Below are positions 37,663 to 47,320 of a DNA stretch of 64,000 nt, piece by piece (within the stretch, counting starts at the first letter, position 1; every line of letters begins with the position of its first letter). The notes under the pieces are model-generated. The model was not told where the DNA came from and did not search any database. It was given only the letters and a program-made list of their open reading frames with translations. Origin of the DNA: Candidatus Multivoradales bacterium. GTDB lineage: Bacteria > Acidobacteriota > Thermoanaerobaculia > Multivoradales > Multivoraceae. Both the position numbers and the translations under genes were made by a program. The stretch lies in contig CBDCWI010000002.1 of NCBI GenBank assembly GCA_965223325.1, positions 3,264,001-3,328,000 on the forward strand, given 5' to 3'.

Positions 37663-38361
37663 CTAAGCGCCGAGACCGACGACTTCGACGCCGCGCTCGG
37701 GAACGGCTCGGCCTTCGGCCGCCCAGGCCGACTCGAGCCGTTGGCGGTAGAGCCGGGTGACTTTCTCGATGTAGCGCCGCGTCTCCCGGAAGGGTGGCAC
37801 GCCACCGAAGCGACTCACGTTGGCCGGCCCGGCGTTGTAGGCGGCCAGCGCTAGCTGCAGGTCGGCGTCGTAGCGTTCGAGCAGCCTGCCAAGATAACGG
37901 GCACCTGCATCAACGTTCTGGGCAGGGTCAAAAGGATCGGCAGCCGCGTGGGCTGGCATCAACTGCATCAGACCCCGGGCACCCACCGGCGACACGGCGC
38001 GCGGATCGAACCGCGATTCCACCTCGACAATCGCCGCGAGCAGCAGCGGATCGACCGAGTGGTTCTCCGCAGCGGCCAACAGAATCTCGGCGTAGGGTAC
38101 ACCCGCGAGCTCGGTCGCGCGGGTGGCAGCGCCAACACCGGCCTCGAACATCCCGATCTCGAAGCTCGGCTGGTGCTCCGCGGGCTCCTCGCTCCAGGCC
38201 GCGAGCTCATCGAGGAGAGCGACTTCGGCTGGATGGGGCGGCGGCGTCGTGCTTTCTCCGGGCTCCGGCCCGGCCGACGATGTGCCAGTCGGCACAACCA
38301 CGAAGGCCAAAAGAGCCAGAATGGCGCACAACCCTTGCAATGTGAAACGGAGTCTGGACAT
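37663..38361 (-). CDS. Exported SLT-domain lytic transglycosylase
   Basis: IVEVESRFDPRAVSPVGARGLMQLMP, ALAAYNAG, GGVPPFRET..Y; signal peptide after ATG 38361. Confidence 0.92.
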   Translation of the reverse strand: MSRLRFTLQGLCAILALLAFVVVPTGTSSAGPEPGESTTPPPHPAEVALLDELAAWSEEPAEHQPSFEIGMFEAGVGAATRATELAGVPYAEILLAAAENHSVDPLLLAAIVEVESRFDPRAVSPVGARGLMQLMPAHAAADPFDPAQNVDAGARYLGRLLERYDADLQLALAAYNAGPANVSRFGGVPPFRETRRYIEKVTRLYRQRLESAWAAEGRAVPERGVEVVGLGA

Positions 38362-38468
38362 GACGTTCTCGAGATCCACCCATGCCCAAATGCCCATGAA
38401 CAGGGGCTCTGCGGCGCCGACGAAGGGCCGGTGCCGCAGATGGCTTCGTGGAGTTGTCCACGACACAG

Positions 38469-38484
38469 TGCGAACCTCGTGCCA
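38469..38484 (-). promoter_or_regulatory. Putative sigma54 promoter for the SLT gene
   Basis: Minus strand reads TGGCAC-GAGGT-TCGCA; GG and GC at canonical spacing, ~110 nt upstream of the start. Confidence 0.6.
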
Positions 38485-38815
38485 GGAACGAGCTCGAGAT
38501 CGCGCGCACACCACCTCCTGGATGAAGGGCCGGGGGAGGCCCGGCGTGCGCCGGGTGAGCGACGGGGGCCCGCGCCTTCGACACCGCTCCATGGCTGGTC
38601 CTGAGGGGTACCAGCTGGTTGGTCCAGGAGCCTCAACGGCACCTGGCGCGATCGGAAAGCGGCGGACCGCTCCCCGGACGCAAGGCCCCCGTCCCTCACC
38701 CTCACGATCGTCCGAAGACGCTGGGAGAGGGAGCAGGGTGCACGCTCGTGCTTCGCACGACGCGCTTGCTCGTCTGGCGCCGACCCGACGCTCGGCTGGC
38801 GCGACTCGGCTGGCG

Positions 38816-40042
38816 CTACTTGACCAGTAGGCGGTCGCCGGCGTAGATCGGATACCGCGACTCGGTGATCTTCGCCACCGAACTGTTCGAGTGAACCGAC
38901 ATCACGGCGAGTTCGCCCAGCACGACCGGCGGGTTGCCGTTACGGTTCTCGCGGTAGACGGTGAACTGGTCGCCGGGAATCACATCGTCGGACTCACCGA
39001 GTTCGATAAACACCACGTGATCTAGCCCCGCCGTGACGATTCCGTCTTTGGCGTAGAGAACCACCGGAGCCGACGCCACTGCATCGGAGCTTTCCGGATA
39101 GTTCACAGGACGCAAGGGTGTCTTGCGCTCCGAGGGAATGGGCTCCTCGACGAACGGCTTGAGGACCGTACCGATCGGGAACGACGTGCACGAACTCGAG
39201 ACCTCAGCAATCGCTGTGTCTTCCTGCGTGGAGAGGATGCGGAGACGGCCAGCGTACTGGTACATCGTGCCAACCACCCTGTCGCTGTGTGGATGGCGAA
39301 TCGTGGCGCCAGGAATGATGGCCGTGAAGGTGTCACCGGGCGCCAGCCCGGCGGAGCGCCCGCCATCGACATAGACAATGTCGCCCGTATCGAGACCGAC
39401 CTTGATCGCGTCCACCGCACCCCAGGCAGCCGTCAGGTTGCCACGCTCGCTGATCTTGACCGTGGGTCCGAGGACCTCGTATTCGGAACCCGTGACGGTG
39501 AACGAGAAGGCTTCATCAGGGTCACCGATATAGCCCGAACAGTAGATGTCATCGGGAGTCCCGAGCTGAACGAAGGAGCTGCGGCCGGTTCCGAAAAGGC
39601 CGGGGCCACCAACGAGCCGATTCGGATCATCGCCATCCATTCCGCCGTTCTCACCCGGCTGACCGAGGACCGACTCAGCCGACTCGACATCCATGCCGAG
39701 CACCAGCGGATCGCCCGGGTAGATCCAGTGGGCGTCGAGGATGTACTGGTTGCGTTCCCAGATCTGCGGCCACAGATAGGGGTCGCCATAGAAGCGCTGG
39801 GCGAGGTCCCAGAGCGTGTCGCCACGCTGAATGATGTGCACCTCGGCCCCCTCCTCGATCGCCGCTGGAGGATTCCAGGCCGTCCAGTGATCGTTGACGA
39901 AGTTGAGGTTCTTGGGCGGCGTCTGGGCCGCCACCGGCATCGTCATGGCAAACGCCAGGCTGAAGGTCAGAATGAGGCCGATCCAAGCAGGAACGGAAAC
40001 CCTGGGCTCGATCGCTCGAGAGCGGTTCTTGGGGGACTTCAT
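38816..40042 (-). CDS. LysM peptidoglycan-binding protein, TsaP-like
   Basis: Signal peptide; HIIQRGDTLWDLAQRFYGDPYLWPQIWERN..I...HWIYPGD; two C-terminal PGD.F beta modules. Confidence 0.8.
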   Translation of the reverse strand: MKSPKNRSRAIEPRVSVPAWIGLILTFSLAFAMTMPVAAQTPPKNLNFVNDHWTAWNPPAAIEEGAEVHIIQRGDTLWDLAQRFYGDPYLWPQIWERNQYILDAHWIYPGDPLVLGMDVESAESVLGQPGENGGMDGDDPNRLVGGPGLFGTGRSSFVQLGTPDDIYCSGYIGDPDEAFSFTVTGSEYEVLGPTVKISERGNLTAAWGAVDAIKVGLDTGDIVYVDGGRSAGLAPGDTFTAIIPGATIRHPHSDRVVGTMYQYAGRLRILSTQEDTAIAEVSSSCTSFPIGTVLKPFVEEPIPSERKTPLRPVNYPESSDAVASAPVVLYAKDGIVTAGLDHVVFIELGESDDVIPGDQFTVYRENRNGNPPVVLGELAVMSVHSNSSVAKITESRYPIYAGDRLLVK

Positions 40043-40153
40043 GACGGATCTCCTCCAGTTTGGGCTCTGGATCGGAAATGGGGAAAGGGGGAAAGGCAGG
40101 AAGGGAATTCTCTGGCTGCACGCCGATTCGGGTGCTGGACCCGAGGACCCGTA

Positions 40154-40182
40154 ACCGTAGCGACGGGCCCTATTTGTGTCAA
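40154..40182 (-). promoter_or_regulatory. sigma70 promoter P1 of the LysM gene
   Basis: Minus strand TTGACA-N17-TACGGT. Confidence 0.65.
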
Positions 40183-40269
40183 GGAATACGAGAACTCGTA
40201 GCCCCTGGACAAGGACCGGAGTTGGGTCCTGGATCCGCCACAGGCGGGCCCGAAGACCAGACTGCGAAT

Positions 40270-40298
40270 ATTCTACATTTTCTCGGGCTTCTTGCGAA
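40270..40298 (-). promoter_or_regulatory. Possible second sigma70 promoter of the LysM gene
   Basis: Minus strand TTCGCA-N17-TAGAAT in an AT-rich patch. Confidence 0.45.
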
Positions 40299-40666
40299 CC
40301 CCTAGCAGCCCCTCAGCCCCAATCACGGCCCAGAAGGGCCCTCCAGGGGGTCCGCGCCTCTCATTCCGAGGCTTCTGGAAGAGTCCGAGGCTCCCTCCCG
40401 GAAGCCCCGCCCAAGCGAAAGACGCCTGGGCAATCCCTGGGCACCGCGAGAGCACGTGGCCGTTGGGCGACGACGATCCAGGCTCGCCGGCCGGTGAGCG
40501 CAGGCCGCGCAACCCAAGGAAGGCAGTCCGAAAGGCGCCGCCGCGCCCTGGATCGCCGGCCACCGGCCCCACGCGCGGCACGACGCTTGACCGCTATGCC
40601 CCTTCACCGACACCAACAACACCACAACCGCGGAAAGTGGCAGGGACGGAGGTCGGCTCCACCCTC

Positions 40667-41554
40667 CTAGCGGGTAAGGCGCTCGCTGGCGACGATCGCA
40701 GCCGCGGTCTCCGGAAAGCGCCGCTGAATCTCACGGTAGCTCTCCTCGGCCGACTGCCGGTCGCCTTGGCGCTCGAAGACCTGCCCCGCCTTGAGAAGGG
40801 CATCCGGAACCTTGTTGCCTTCTGGGTAGCCCTCGATGGCCTGGCCGAAGGCTTCAAGTGCCCCAGCGTAGTCCTGGCGCGCAAAACGCGCCTCGCCAAT
40901 CCAGTACCAGGCGTTGTCACCGAGCTCGCTCGACGAGTGGGCCGCCAGGAACTGCTCGAACGCAGCCTCCGACTCCTGGAAGCGCCGCTGGTGGAACAGC
41001 GTGTAGCCGCGATCGTACAGATCACGCGCCGCAGTCGAGATCGGCTCACTGACCACCGGCGCCGGTTGTCCCCCTTGTGCTCGGTCCGACCCGGCAGCCA
41101 CCGCACTCGGAGGCGGCTCTGCCCTAACGCCTCCGTCGTCCTGGACAACCACCCTTCGCGGTGCATTGTCGATCGGCACCGCGATGGTCTCGAGATGAAG
41201 ATCGCGAGGATCGTCGAGATCACTCTCCTCGACTTCGCCGGGGTGCCCAACCTCGACGACCTGGCCGGACTGGTAGGCGGCGGCACGCTCCTCGACCTGC
41301 TCGCGGGTCGGCGCAGCTGTGCGCCGGGAAGCAACCTGGCCGGCATCGAGCGCTGCCAGCTGACTCCGAAGCCGAGCCATCTCGACTTCCTGGACCGCTG
41401 CTTTGCGCTGCAGCTCGATGACGCGCCGTTGCAGCTCAGCGATCTCTCTCTTCTGAGTGCCTGGCGCCTTGATCGGCGACTGGCCGCTGCACCCGCCCAG
41501 AAGAACTGCGATCAAGAATAGGGGAAGGGCGGTCCAACGCAGCCTGGTTGTCAT
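40667..41554 (-). CDS. cpoB: Tol-Pal associated TPR lipoprotein YbgF/CpoB
   Basis: Lipobox LGGC, coiled coil, DNAWYWIGE, YPEGNKVPDALLKAG. Confidence 0.9.
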   Translation of the reverse strand: MTTRLRWTALPLFLIAVLLGGCSGQSPIKAPGTQKREIAELQRRVIELQRKAAVQEVEMARLRSQLAALDAGQVASRRTAAPTREQVEERAAAYQSGQVVEVGHPGEVEESDLDDPRDLHLETIAVPIDNAPRRVVVQDDGGVRAEPPPSAVAAGSDRAQGGQPAPVVSEPISTAARDLYDRGYTLFHQRRFQESEAAFEQFLAAHSSSELGDNAWYWIGEARFARQDYAGALEAFGQAIEGYPEGNKVPDALLKAGQVFERQGDRQSAEESYREIQRRFPETAAAIVASERLTR

Positions 41555-42441
41555 TTTCCTGACTCCTTTTCGTCGTCTGCGGCGGCAGACTCTGTCTTCT
41601 CGTCTTCACCGCCCCGCTTTCCCTTGCGGCGTGGTGATTCCCCCCTCCTGGCTTTCTTCGACTGTCTGATCTTGGCGTTCGGATAGTCCGCCCGCAGAAC
41701 ACCGCACGCATCGGTCGCTCCCTCGGGCGGTGCCTCCATGAACGAGTGTGCCTGGCAGAGCAATTCGTAGACCTTGCCCTTGTCTTCATAGGCCGGGTAC
41801 TCCGTCAGCAGGTGCTCGAGCCGCGATGCGACGGCGGTGCACAGGCCCGGGCGCTTGCCTCGACATCCAAAACGCATGTAGAACGCCGCCACCACGTACT
41901 CGTGTTCGGCGAGGTTGTTCTTGACCTCGACCAGGGTCGTTTGCGCCTCCCGCGCCTCGTTGCTGGTCGGGTAGAGCCGAATCAGATCCTCGAGCTCCTC
42001 GACTGCCTTGGCCGTGGTCTTCTGGTCACGGTTGGGCTTCTCCATGCGGCGCGACAGGCTCTCGCCGATGCGCAACTGCGCGTAGGCAGCACGGTCGCTG
42101 GTTGGGAAACGGTTGAGAAAGTCGCGATAACGGGTTTCGGCCTCGATCAGGTTCTCCTGCCCACCTGCCAAGAACAGCGCGTCGGCGGCCAGGAGGAGGC
42201 CGTCGCGGCCACTGACCGAGTTGGGCTCCACCTCGAAGGCGTGAATCAGGTACTTCTTGGCCTGCCGATACTTCTTCTCGGCCATCAGTGCCGTGCCTTG
42301 CGACAGCGACTCCTCGGCCGACAGACGAAGAATCGGATCTTCGCGGCGGTTGCCACCGCAGCCCGCCAACAAGAGCAGCACGAACAAAGGAACCAGGAGC
42401 CGCAGGCCCCACCCCAACAGAGGTCTTCCACAGAGGTTCAT
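41551..42441 (-). CDS. bamD: Outer membrane assembly lipoprotein BamD
   Basis: Lipobox LAGC, FLNRFPTS, RDQKTT..A, LAEHEYVVAAFY. Confidence 0.88.
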   Translation of the reverse strand: MNLCGRPLLGWGLRLLVPLFVLLLLAGCGGNRREDPILRLSAEESLSQGTALMAEKKYRQAKKYLIHAFEVEPNSVSGRDGLLLAADALFLAGGQENLIEAETRYRDFLNRFPTSDRAAYAQLRIGESLSRRMEKPNRDQKTTAKAVEELEDLIRLYPTSNEAREAQTTLVEVKNNLAEHEYVVAAFYMRFGCRGKRPGLCTAVASRLEHLLTEYPAYEDKGKVYELLCQAHSFMEAPPEGATDACGVLRADYPNAKIRQSKKARRGESPRRKGKRGGEDEKTESAAADDEKESGK

Positions 42442-42442
42442 G

Positions 42443-43111
42443 TCAAGCCACGCCCTTTCGAGACGTCGCTGCTCCAGACGTCAGTTCTACCAATGTCGCC
42501 ACCGGGTCGTCGGCCGCAAACACACCCGAGCCGATGACCGCGATGTCGACGCCGGCCTCGGCGACCCGGTCGACGTTGTTGAGCTTGATGCCCCCGTCCA
42601 TCTCGATCAGGCAGTCGAGCCCGCGTGAATCAATCAGGTCCCGCAACCGCCTCGCTTTCTCGAGCACGTACTCGATCATCGATTGGCCGGCAAAGCCGGG
42701 GTTGACCGACATCAGCAAGACGAAGTCGAGCCTCGGTAGCAAGTCGGTGATGGTTGTGATCGGGGTCGCTGGATTGAGCGCCACACCGGCCCTGGAGCCC
42801 GCCTCGCGGATGGCCGAAACCGTGCGATCGAGATGAACCGTGGTTTCCTGGTGGACCGAAACCCAGGTGGCGTGCTCGAGATATGCGTCGAGCAACCGAT
42901 CTGGGTTGGAGACCATCAGGTGCACATCGAGCTCGAGACTGGTGCCGGCCGCAAAGGCATCGATGACGGGCGGACCGAAGCTGAGATTGGGGACGAAGTG
43001 ACCATCCATCACGTCGACGTGCACGATCTCCGCTCCACCGCGGGTGCAGATGTCTTGCGCATCGGCCAGCCGAGCGAGGTCAGCGGCGAGAATTGAGGGA
43101 GCGATTTTCAT
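42443..43111 (-). CDS. rpe: Ribulose-phosphate 3-epimerase
   Basis: IAPSILAAD, HVDVMDGHFVPN, DVHLM, MSVNPGF, DGG. Confidence 0.97.
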   Translation of the reverse strand: MKIAPSILAADLARLADAQDICTRGGAEIVHVDVMDGHFVPNLSFGPPVIDAFAAGTSLELDVHLMVSNPDRLLDAYLEHATWVSVHQETTVHLDRTVSAIREAGSRAGVALNPATPITTITDLLPRLDFVLLMSVNPGFAGQSMIEYVLEKARRLRDLIDSRGLDCLIEMDGGIKLNNVDRVAEAGVDIAVIGSGVFAADDPVATLVELTSGAATSRKGVA

Positions 43112-43128
43112 GCGGTCCGAGTCTTTGG

Positions 43129-43875
43129 TCAGGTGTCTTCGCTCGGACTCGCCGAGACAACCAGGGAAATCGGGATCTGTCGGCGCAACGCATGACCAGC
43201 CAATGGGTACTGGCGAAGGACGATGCCCTCGGGCACGCCCTCGTACGGCTCGTACTTGACGCTACCCATGCGAAACCCATGGCGTTGGAAGAAGTTCCGC
43301 ACGACGTCGTTTTGACGGTAGACCAGGTCGGGCATGACGTAGACCGCATCGGTTTCGTCGCTCGACACCAGGACGCCGATCGGGGTCGAACGATCGACCA
43401 GATCGCCGGGTCTTGGGTACTGCCAGATCACATCGCCGGCCGGCCCGCGGACGGTGCGCACGTCGCCGCGGGAACCGAGCGCCAGCCCTGCAGCACCGAG
43501 GGTGACCTGCGCCGCCTGGATGGCACGGCCTTCCAGTTCGGGAACCTGGACCAACTGTTGGCCGCGCGACAAGACAACGCGGACGCCGCTGCCCCGCTTG
43601 ACCAGCCCCGCGGGGCCGGGGTCGTGCTCGAGAACGTGCCCGGCGGGCACGGTGTCGTCGAAGCGGTCTTCGTTCTCGTCCCAACGCATCTCGAGGCCCT
43701 GATCGCGCAGCAGAAGCTCGGCATCGGCCAGCGCCAGCCCCCCCAGATCCGGAACCGGGACTTCACCACGACGCACTGATTTGTTGAAGCCGAGGACCGC
43801 CATCGATCCGAAAAGAACCAACAAAAGCAGGAGCCGGAGGCCAAAAAGCGCCAAGCGGCGCACAACGCGAAGCAT
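43129..43875 (-). CDS. Membrane-anchored triple PASTA-domain protein
   Basis: TM followed by three repeats starting VPDL.G / VPEL.G / MPDL with Q.P..G motifs. Confidence 0.9.
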   Translation of the reverse strand: MLRVVRRLALFGLRLLLLLVLFGSMAVLGFNKSVRRGEVPVPDLGGLALADAELLLRDQGLEMRWDENEDRFDDTVPAGHVLEHDPGPAGLVKRGSGVRVVLSRGQQLVQVPELEGRAIQAAQVTLGAAGLALGSRGDVRTVRGPAGDVIWQYPRPGDLVDRSTPIGVLVSSDETDAVYVMPDLVYRQNDVVRNFFQRHGFRMGSVKYEPYEGVPEGIVLRQYPLAGHALRRQIPISLVVSASPSEDT

Positions 43876-43945
43876 GGGCGCAGTCTAGCAGCCCCCCACT
43901 TCACCGTGGGTCGCCTGAACGCCGCTCCAACGGGCCTCGGACCGG

Positions 43946-45385
43946 CTACCTCGGCGGCGTTGCGGGCACCGGATCCTCGGTCTCCGGTACCGCCGCATCG
44001 GCCTCTGGAGCACTTTCAGAGTCTCCGCCCGAGACACTCTCGACCGCGCCATCGGAGAGCGGTCCCTCGTCGCCTGGCAGGCGCTTGCGAACATCGAAGA
44101 ACATCGCCATAGCCATCAACGTGACGATGAAAACCAGCCCGACCTGGATCAAACGTTCCTTCACCATCAATGACAGGTCGCGGCGCAAGATGCTCTCGAT
44201 GAGGAGAATCAGGATCTCGCCGCCGTCCATGATCGGAATCGGCAGCATGTTGATCAAGAACAGGTTGAGGCTGATGAGAGCCATCAGAAACAACAGTTCC
44301 TTCATCCCGCGGCGGGCAGCGTCACCGCTGACCACCCCGATCTCGAGCGGGCCACCAATCGCGCTCTCCGGCGAGATGCGGCGCTCGAAGACCTTGCCGA
44401 TGAACTGGCCGATCTGCTCGACGGTGTCGAGGTTGTAGCGAACGCTCGCACGGAGAGCTTCGACGAACCCCATCCGGCGTAGCGGGTATCCGATCACGAC
44501 ACCGATCTGCGCCCTCTCCTCGTCGCTGCCTTCGACCTCGACGCGCTCTGGTCTGACCTCGAGTGGCACGATGCGGCCATCACGCTCGACCTCGACCACC
44601 ACCGGTCCTTCGGACCTCTGCAGGCGCTGGGTGAACTCTTCGAGTGAGAACACGGGCTGGCGATCGACTGCGACGAGGATGTCGTCGGGAGCGAAGCCGG
44701 CCAGGGCCGCCGGGCGGCCTTCTACGACTTCGACCACCTGGGGCTTCCAGGGCGGCGCCAGGGTCGGCATGCCGAGCTTGTACTTGGGGATGATGTCGGG
44801 CGTGAGTTCGGTGCGCTCACGCTTTCCGTTGCGCTCGTACTCAATCGCCAGTGCTCGACCGGGCGACGTGAGAATGGTCATCGACACCTGTTGCCAGTGT
44901 TCGACCGGCTCACCGTCGATGGTCAGGAGGCGGTCACCACTCGCGAGGCCAGCACGAGCACCAGCCGAGTCTGCGGGAACGCCACCGACAACCGGTTCGA
45001 GGTCCTTTTCGTTGACCATCCGAGTACCGGACATGAAGACGCCCGCCACCAGCGCCACCGCCAGCAAGACGTTCATGCCCGGCCCAGCGAGGTAGATCAA
45101 GATGCGCTGCCAGCGTGGCTGTGCCAGGAAATCGTCGGGGCGCTGCTCGGACGCCGTCGGATCCCGGCCGGCGAAGGCTACGTAACCCCCGAGCGGCACC
45201 AGTGAGATTCGAAAGTCGGTGTCACCACGCCGAAAGCCCCAGATGCGGTTGCCGAAACCGAGCGAGAACGTCAGGACCCGCACCCCAAACAGCCGGCCAA
45301 CGATGTAGTGCCCCGCCTCGTGAACGAAGATGATGACGCCGACCACGAACAGGAAGGCGAGAATGTTGCTCAAGAGAATCTGCAC
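43946..45385 (-). CDS. rseP: RIP metalloprotease RseP with two PDZ domains
   Basis: HEAGH, PLGGYV, AGPGMN, NMLPIPIMDGG. Confidence 0.95.
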   Translation of the reverse strand: MQILLSNILAFLFVVGVIIFVHEAGHYIVGRLFGVRVLTFSLGFGNRIWGFRRGDTDFRISLVPLGGYVAFAGRDPTASEQRPDDFLAQPRWQRILIYLAGPGMNVLLAVALVAGVFMSGTRMVNEKDLEPVVGGVPADSAGARAGLASGDRLLTIDGEPVEHWQQVSMTILTSPGRALAIEYERNGKRERTELTPDIIPKYKLGMPTLAPPWKPQVVEVVEGRPAALAGFAPDDILVAVDRQPVFSLEEFTQRLQRSEGPVVVEVERDGRIVPLEVRPERVEVEGSDEERAQIGVVIGYPLRRMGFVEALRASVRYNLDTVEQIGQFIGKVFERRISPESAIGGPLEIGVVSGDAARRGMKELLFLMALISLNLFLINMLPIPIMDGGEILILLIESILRRDLSLMVKERLIQVGLVFIVTLMAMAMFFDVRKRLPGDEGPLSDGAVESVSGGDSESAPEADAAVPETEDPVPATPPR

Positions 45386-45498
45386 GGAGGGTCCGTTCCG
45401 GAAGAGGGAGGCTCACGCCGTCAAGCGGGGCCTCGAATCATACGAAAGCCGGGCACCTAAGTTGATGCTCCCGGAAGGACCGCGCGAACCTTCGAAGC

Positions 45499-46314
45499 TC
45501 AGAGCCAGCCGAGTTCGAAGCCCAGCCAGAAGACTGGCGAGGCCAACAACAGGCCATCGAAGCGATCGAGCAGTCCTCCATGTCCCGGCAGCAACCGACC
45601 GCTATCCTTGACGCCCACCGAACGTTTGATCATCGACTCCACCAGGTCGCCGAGCTGCACCAGGACTGCGGTCACCCCGACGACAAGAGCAAAGCGAAGA
45701 TCAACTGTATCGAGGCCACCCCGGCGCCAGAACACATAGGCGCCGACGGCCAACAGGCTGCCGACGAAGCCGGATGCCGATCCTTCCCAGGTCTTCTTGG
45801 GGCTGATGACTGGTGCCAACTTCGTCCGCCCGAAGGTCTTGCCGCCGTAGTAGGCCATCGTATCGGCCAACCACACGATGCCGAACAACGCCAGGCACAA
45901 CCAGGGGTCGGCGGTCTGCAGGCGATAGATCGCCGCCGCCGGCAAGGCGAGATAGGGGGCGGCGAAGGACAACATGCCCAGCGTAGGCAACGCGCGCTCT
46001 AACGGTGCGCGCGTCAACAGAACGGTGAGGCCGGCAGCCAGCGGAATGAACAACACCAGAATCGTTGCGATGAGTGGTGACAGGTCAACCCGACCCTCGC
46101 TCAACCCGATCAACAACAGAGCCAGAAGGGGTACCAGGAAAACCAGCGCGCTCAGCGCCGGTCTCCAAACCATCGACTTGAGCATCGCGACCAGCTCGAA
46201 CGCGCAAAGCGTACAGACCCCCACCGCCACCAACAGAAAGGCTGGAGGAGGAAACGTGAACAGGGCCACGAGGCCGAAAACGATTCCTACTATGCCGGTG
46301 ATGAGTCGCTGCAT
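45499..46314 (-). CDS. cdsA: Phosphatidate cytidylyltransferase
   Basis: ADTMAYYGG, ISPKKTWEG, GDLVESMIKR..GVKDSG.LLPGHGGLLDRFD. Confidence 0.96.
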   Translation of the reverse strand: MQRLITGIVGIVFGLVALFTFPPPAFLLVAVGVCTLCAFELVAMLKSMVWRPALSALVFLVPLLALLLIGLSEGRVDLSPLIATILVLFIPLAAGLTVLLTRAPLERALPTLGMLSFAAPYLALPAAAIYRLQTADPWLCLALFGIVWLADTMAYYGGKTFGRTKLAPVISPKKTWEGSASGFVGSLLAVGAYVFWRRGGLDTVDLRFALVVGVTAVLVQLGDLVESMIKRSVGVKDSGRLLPGHGGLLDRFDGLLLASPVFWLGFELGWL

Positions 46315-46489
46315 CCGTTGTCGCCTCGTCGTCTAGGGGGGCAAGCGCCGCAAACTGCGCCTCGGCTCGCGAACCTCGCTCGGAGTTCCGAGCTCTCCGG
46401 TTCCCAAGAGGGGTCGGTCCTGTCCTGGGACGGGGCACCATCGGGCGCCCCGGCGAAACTACCTCACCCGGGAACGATTGACCGCGCTG

Positions 46490-47320
46490 TCATGCCGACT
46501 CTGGCATCTCGTTGCCGCCGGCTCCTTCGAGTGGGCCCCACTTCGGGTCGTAGAACACTCGTACGAGCACCAACCCGTGGGCCGGGGCGCTCGGACCAGC
46601 ATCGGCACGCTGACCTCCAGACAACAGGCCCGCAACCGAGTCGACACTGCGCACGCCGCGCCCGACCTCCAGGACTGTGCCGACGATCGCGCGCACCATG
46701 CCGCGCAAGAAACCGTCGCCAACGATCCTCAACCGTAACCGACCCGCCGGAAGCTCGCTCCACTCCGCCTCGCGCACCTTGCGAAACGGTTGCCTGTGTG
46801 AACCGCCGCTGCGAGCAAAGGCACTCCAGTCGTGCCGACCAACGAGGAGCTTCGTCGCGCGTTGCATGCGGTCGATGTCGAGCGCTGTGAACACCACGAC
46901 GGCTTGATCGCTGTCGAGCGGTGAGAGCACCCGCGTTCGGATCAAGTGGTAGTGATACTCCTTGCCTTGCGCACACTTTCGGGCGTCGAAACCGGGGTGC
47001 ATGCGCGCCGCACCGAGTACCCGAATGTCGTCTGGCAGGAGTCGATTCGTGCCCTGGACCAACTGCGACATTGGAACCGCCTCGGCTAGCCGGAGGTGTG
47101 CGACCTGGCCGCGCGCGTGGACGCCGGCATCGGTACGCCCGGCACCGGGAGTGCGCACGTCCACCCCGAGAACTCGTTCCAGAGCTTCTTCGAGCACCTG
47201 CTGCACCGCCAGGGCGTTCTCCTGGCGTTGCCAGCCCGCGTAGGCGGCGCCACGGTACGAAATGTCCAGGCGGTAGGTGAACTGGCGCATCTCGGGCCTC
47301 GCACGTGCAGCGGTGCTCAC
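46490..47320 (-). CDS. truA: tRNA pseudouridine(38-40) synthase
   Basis: GWQRQ, GAGRTDAGVHARGQV, GFLRGMVR, APAHGLVL. Confidence 0.96.
   Translation of the reverse strand: MSTAARARPEMRQFTYRLDISYRGAAYAGWQRQENALAVQQVLEEALERVLGVDVRTPGAGRTDAGVHARGQVAHLRLAEAVPMSQLVQGTNRLLPDDIRVLGAARMHPGFDARKCAQGKEYHYHLIRTRVLSPLDSDQAVVVFTALDIDRMQRATKLLVGRHDWSAFARSGGSHRQPFRKVREAEWSELPAGRLRLRIVGDGFLRGMVRAIVGTVLEVGRGVRSVDSVAGLLSGGQRADAGPSAPAHGLVLVRVFYDPKWGPLEGAGGNEMPESA

Noticed and set aside
46315-46489. Possible uppS remnant upstream of cdsA
   Set aside because: No RRFGG-type C-terminal motif in any minus-strand frame.
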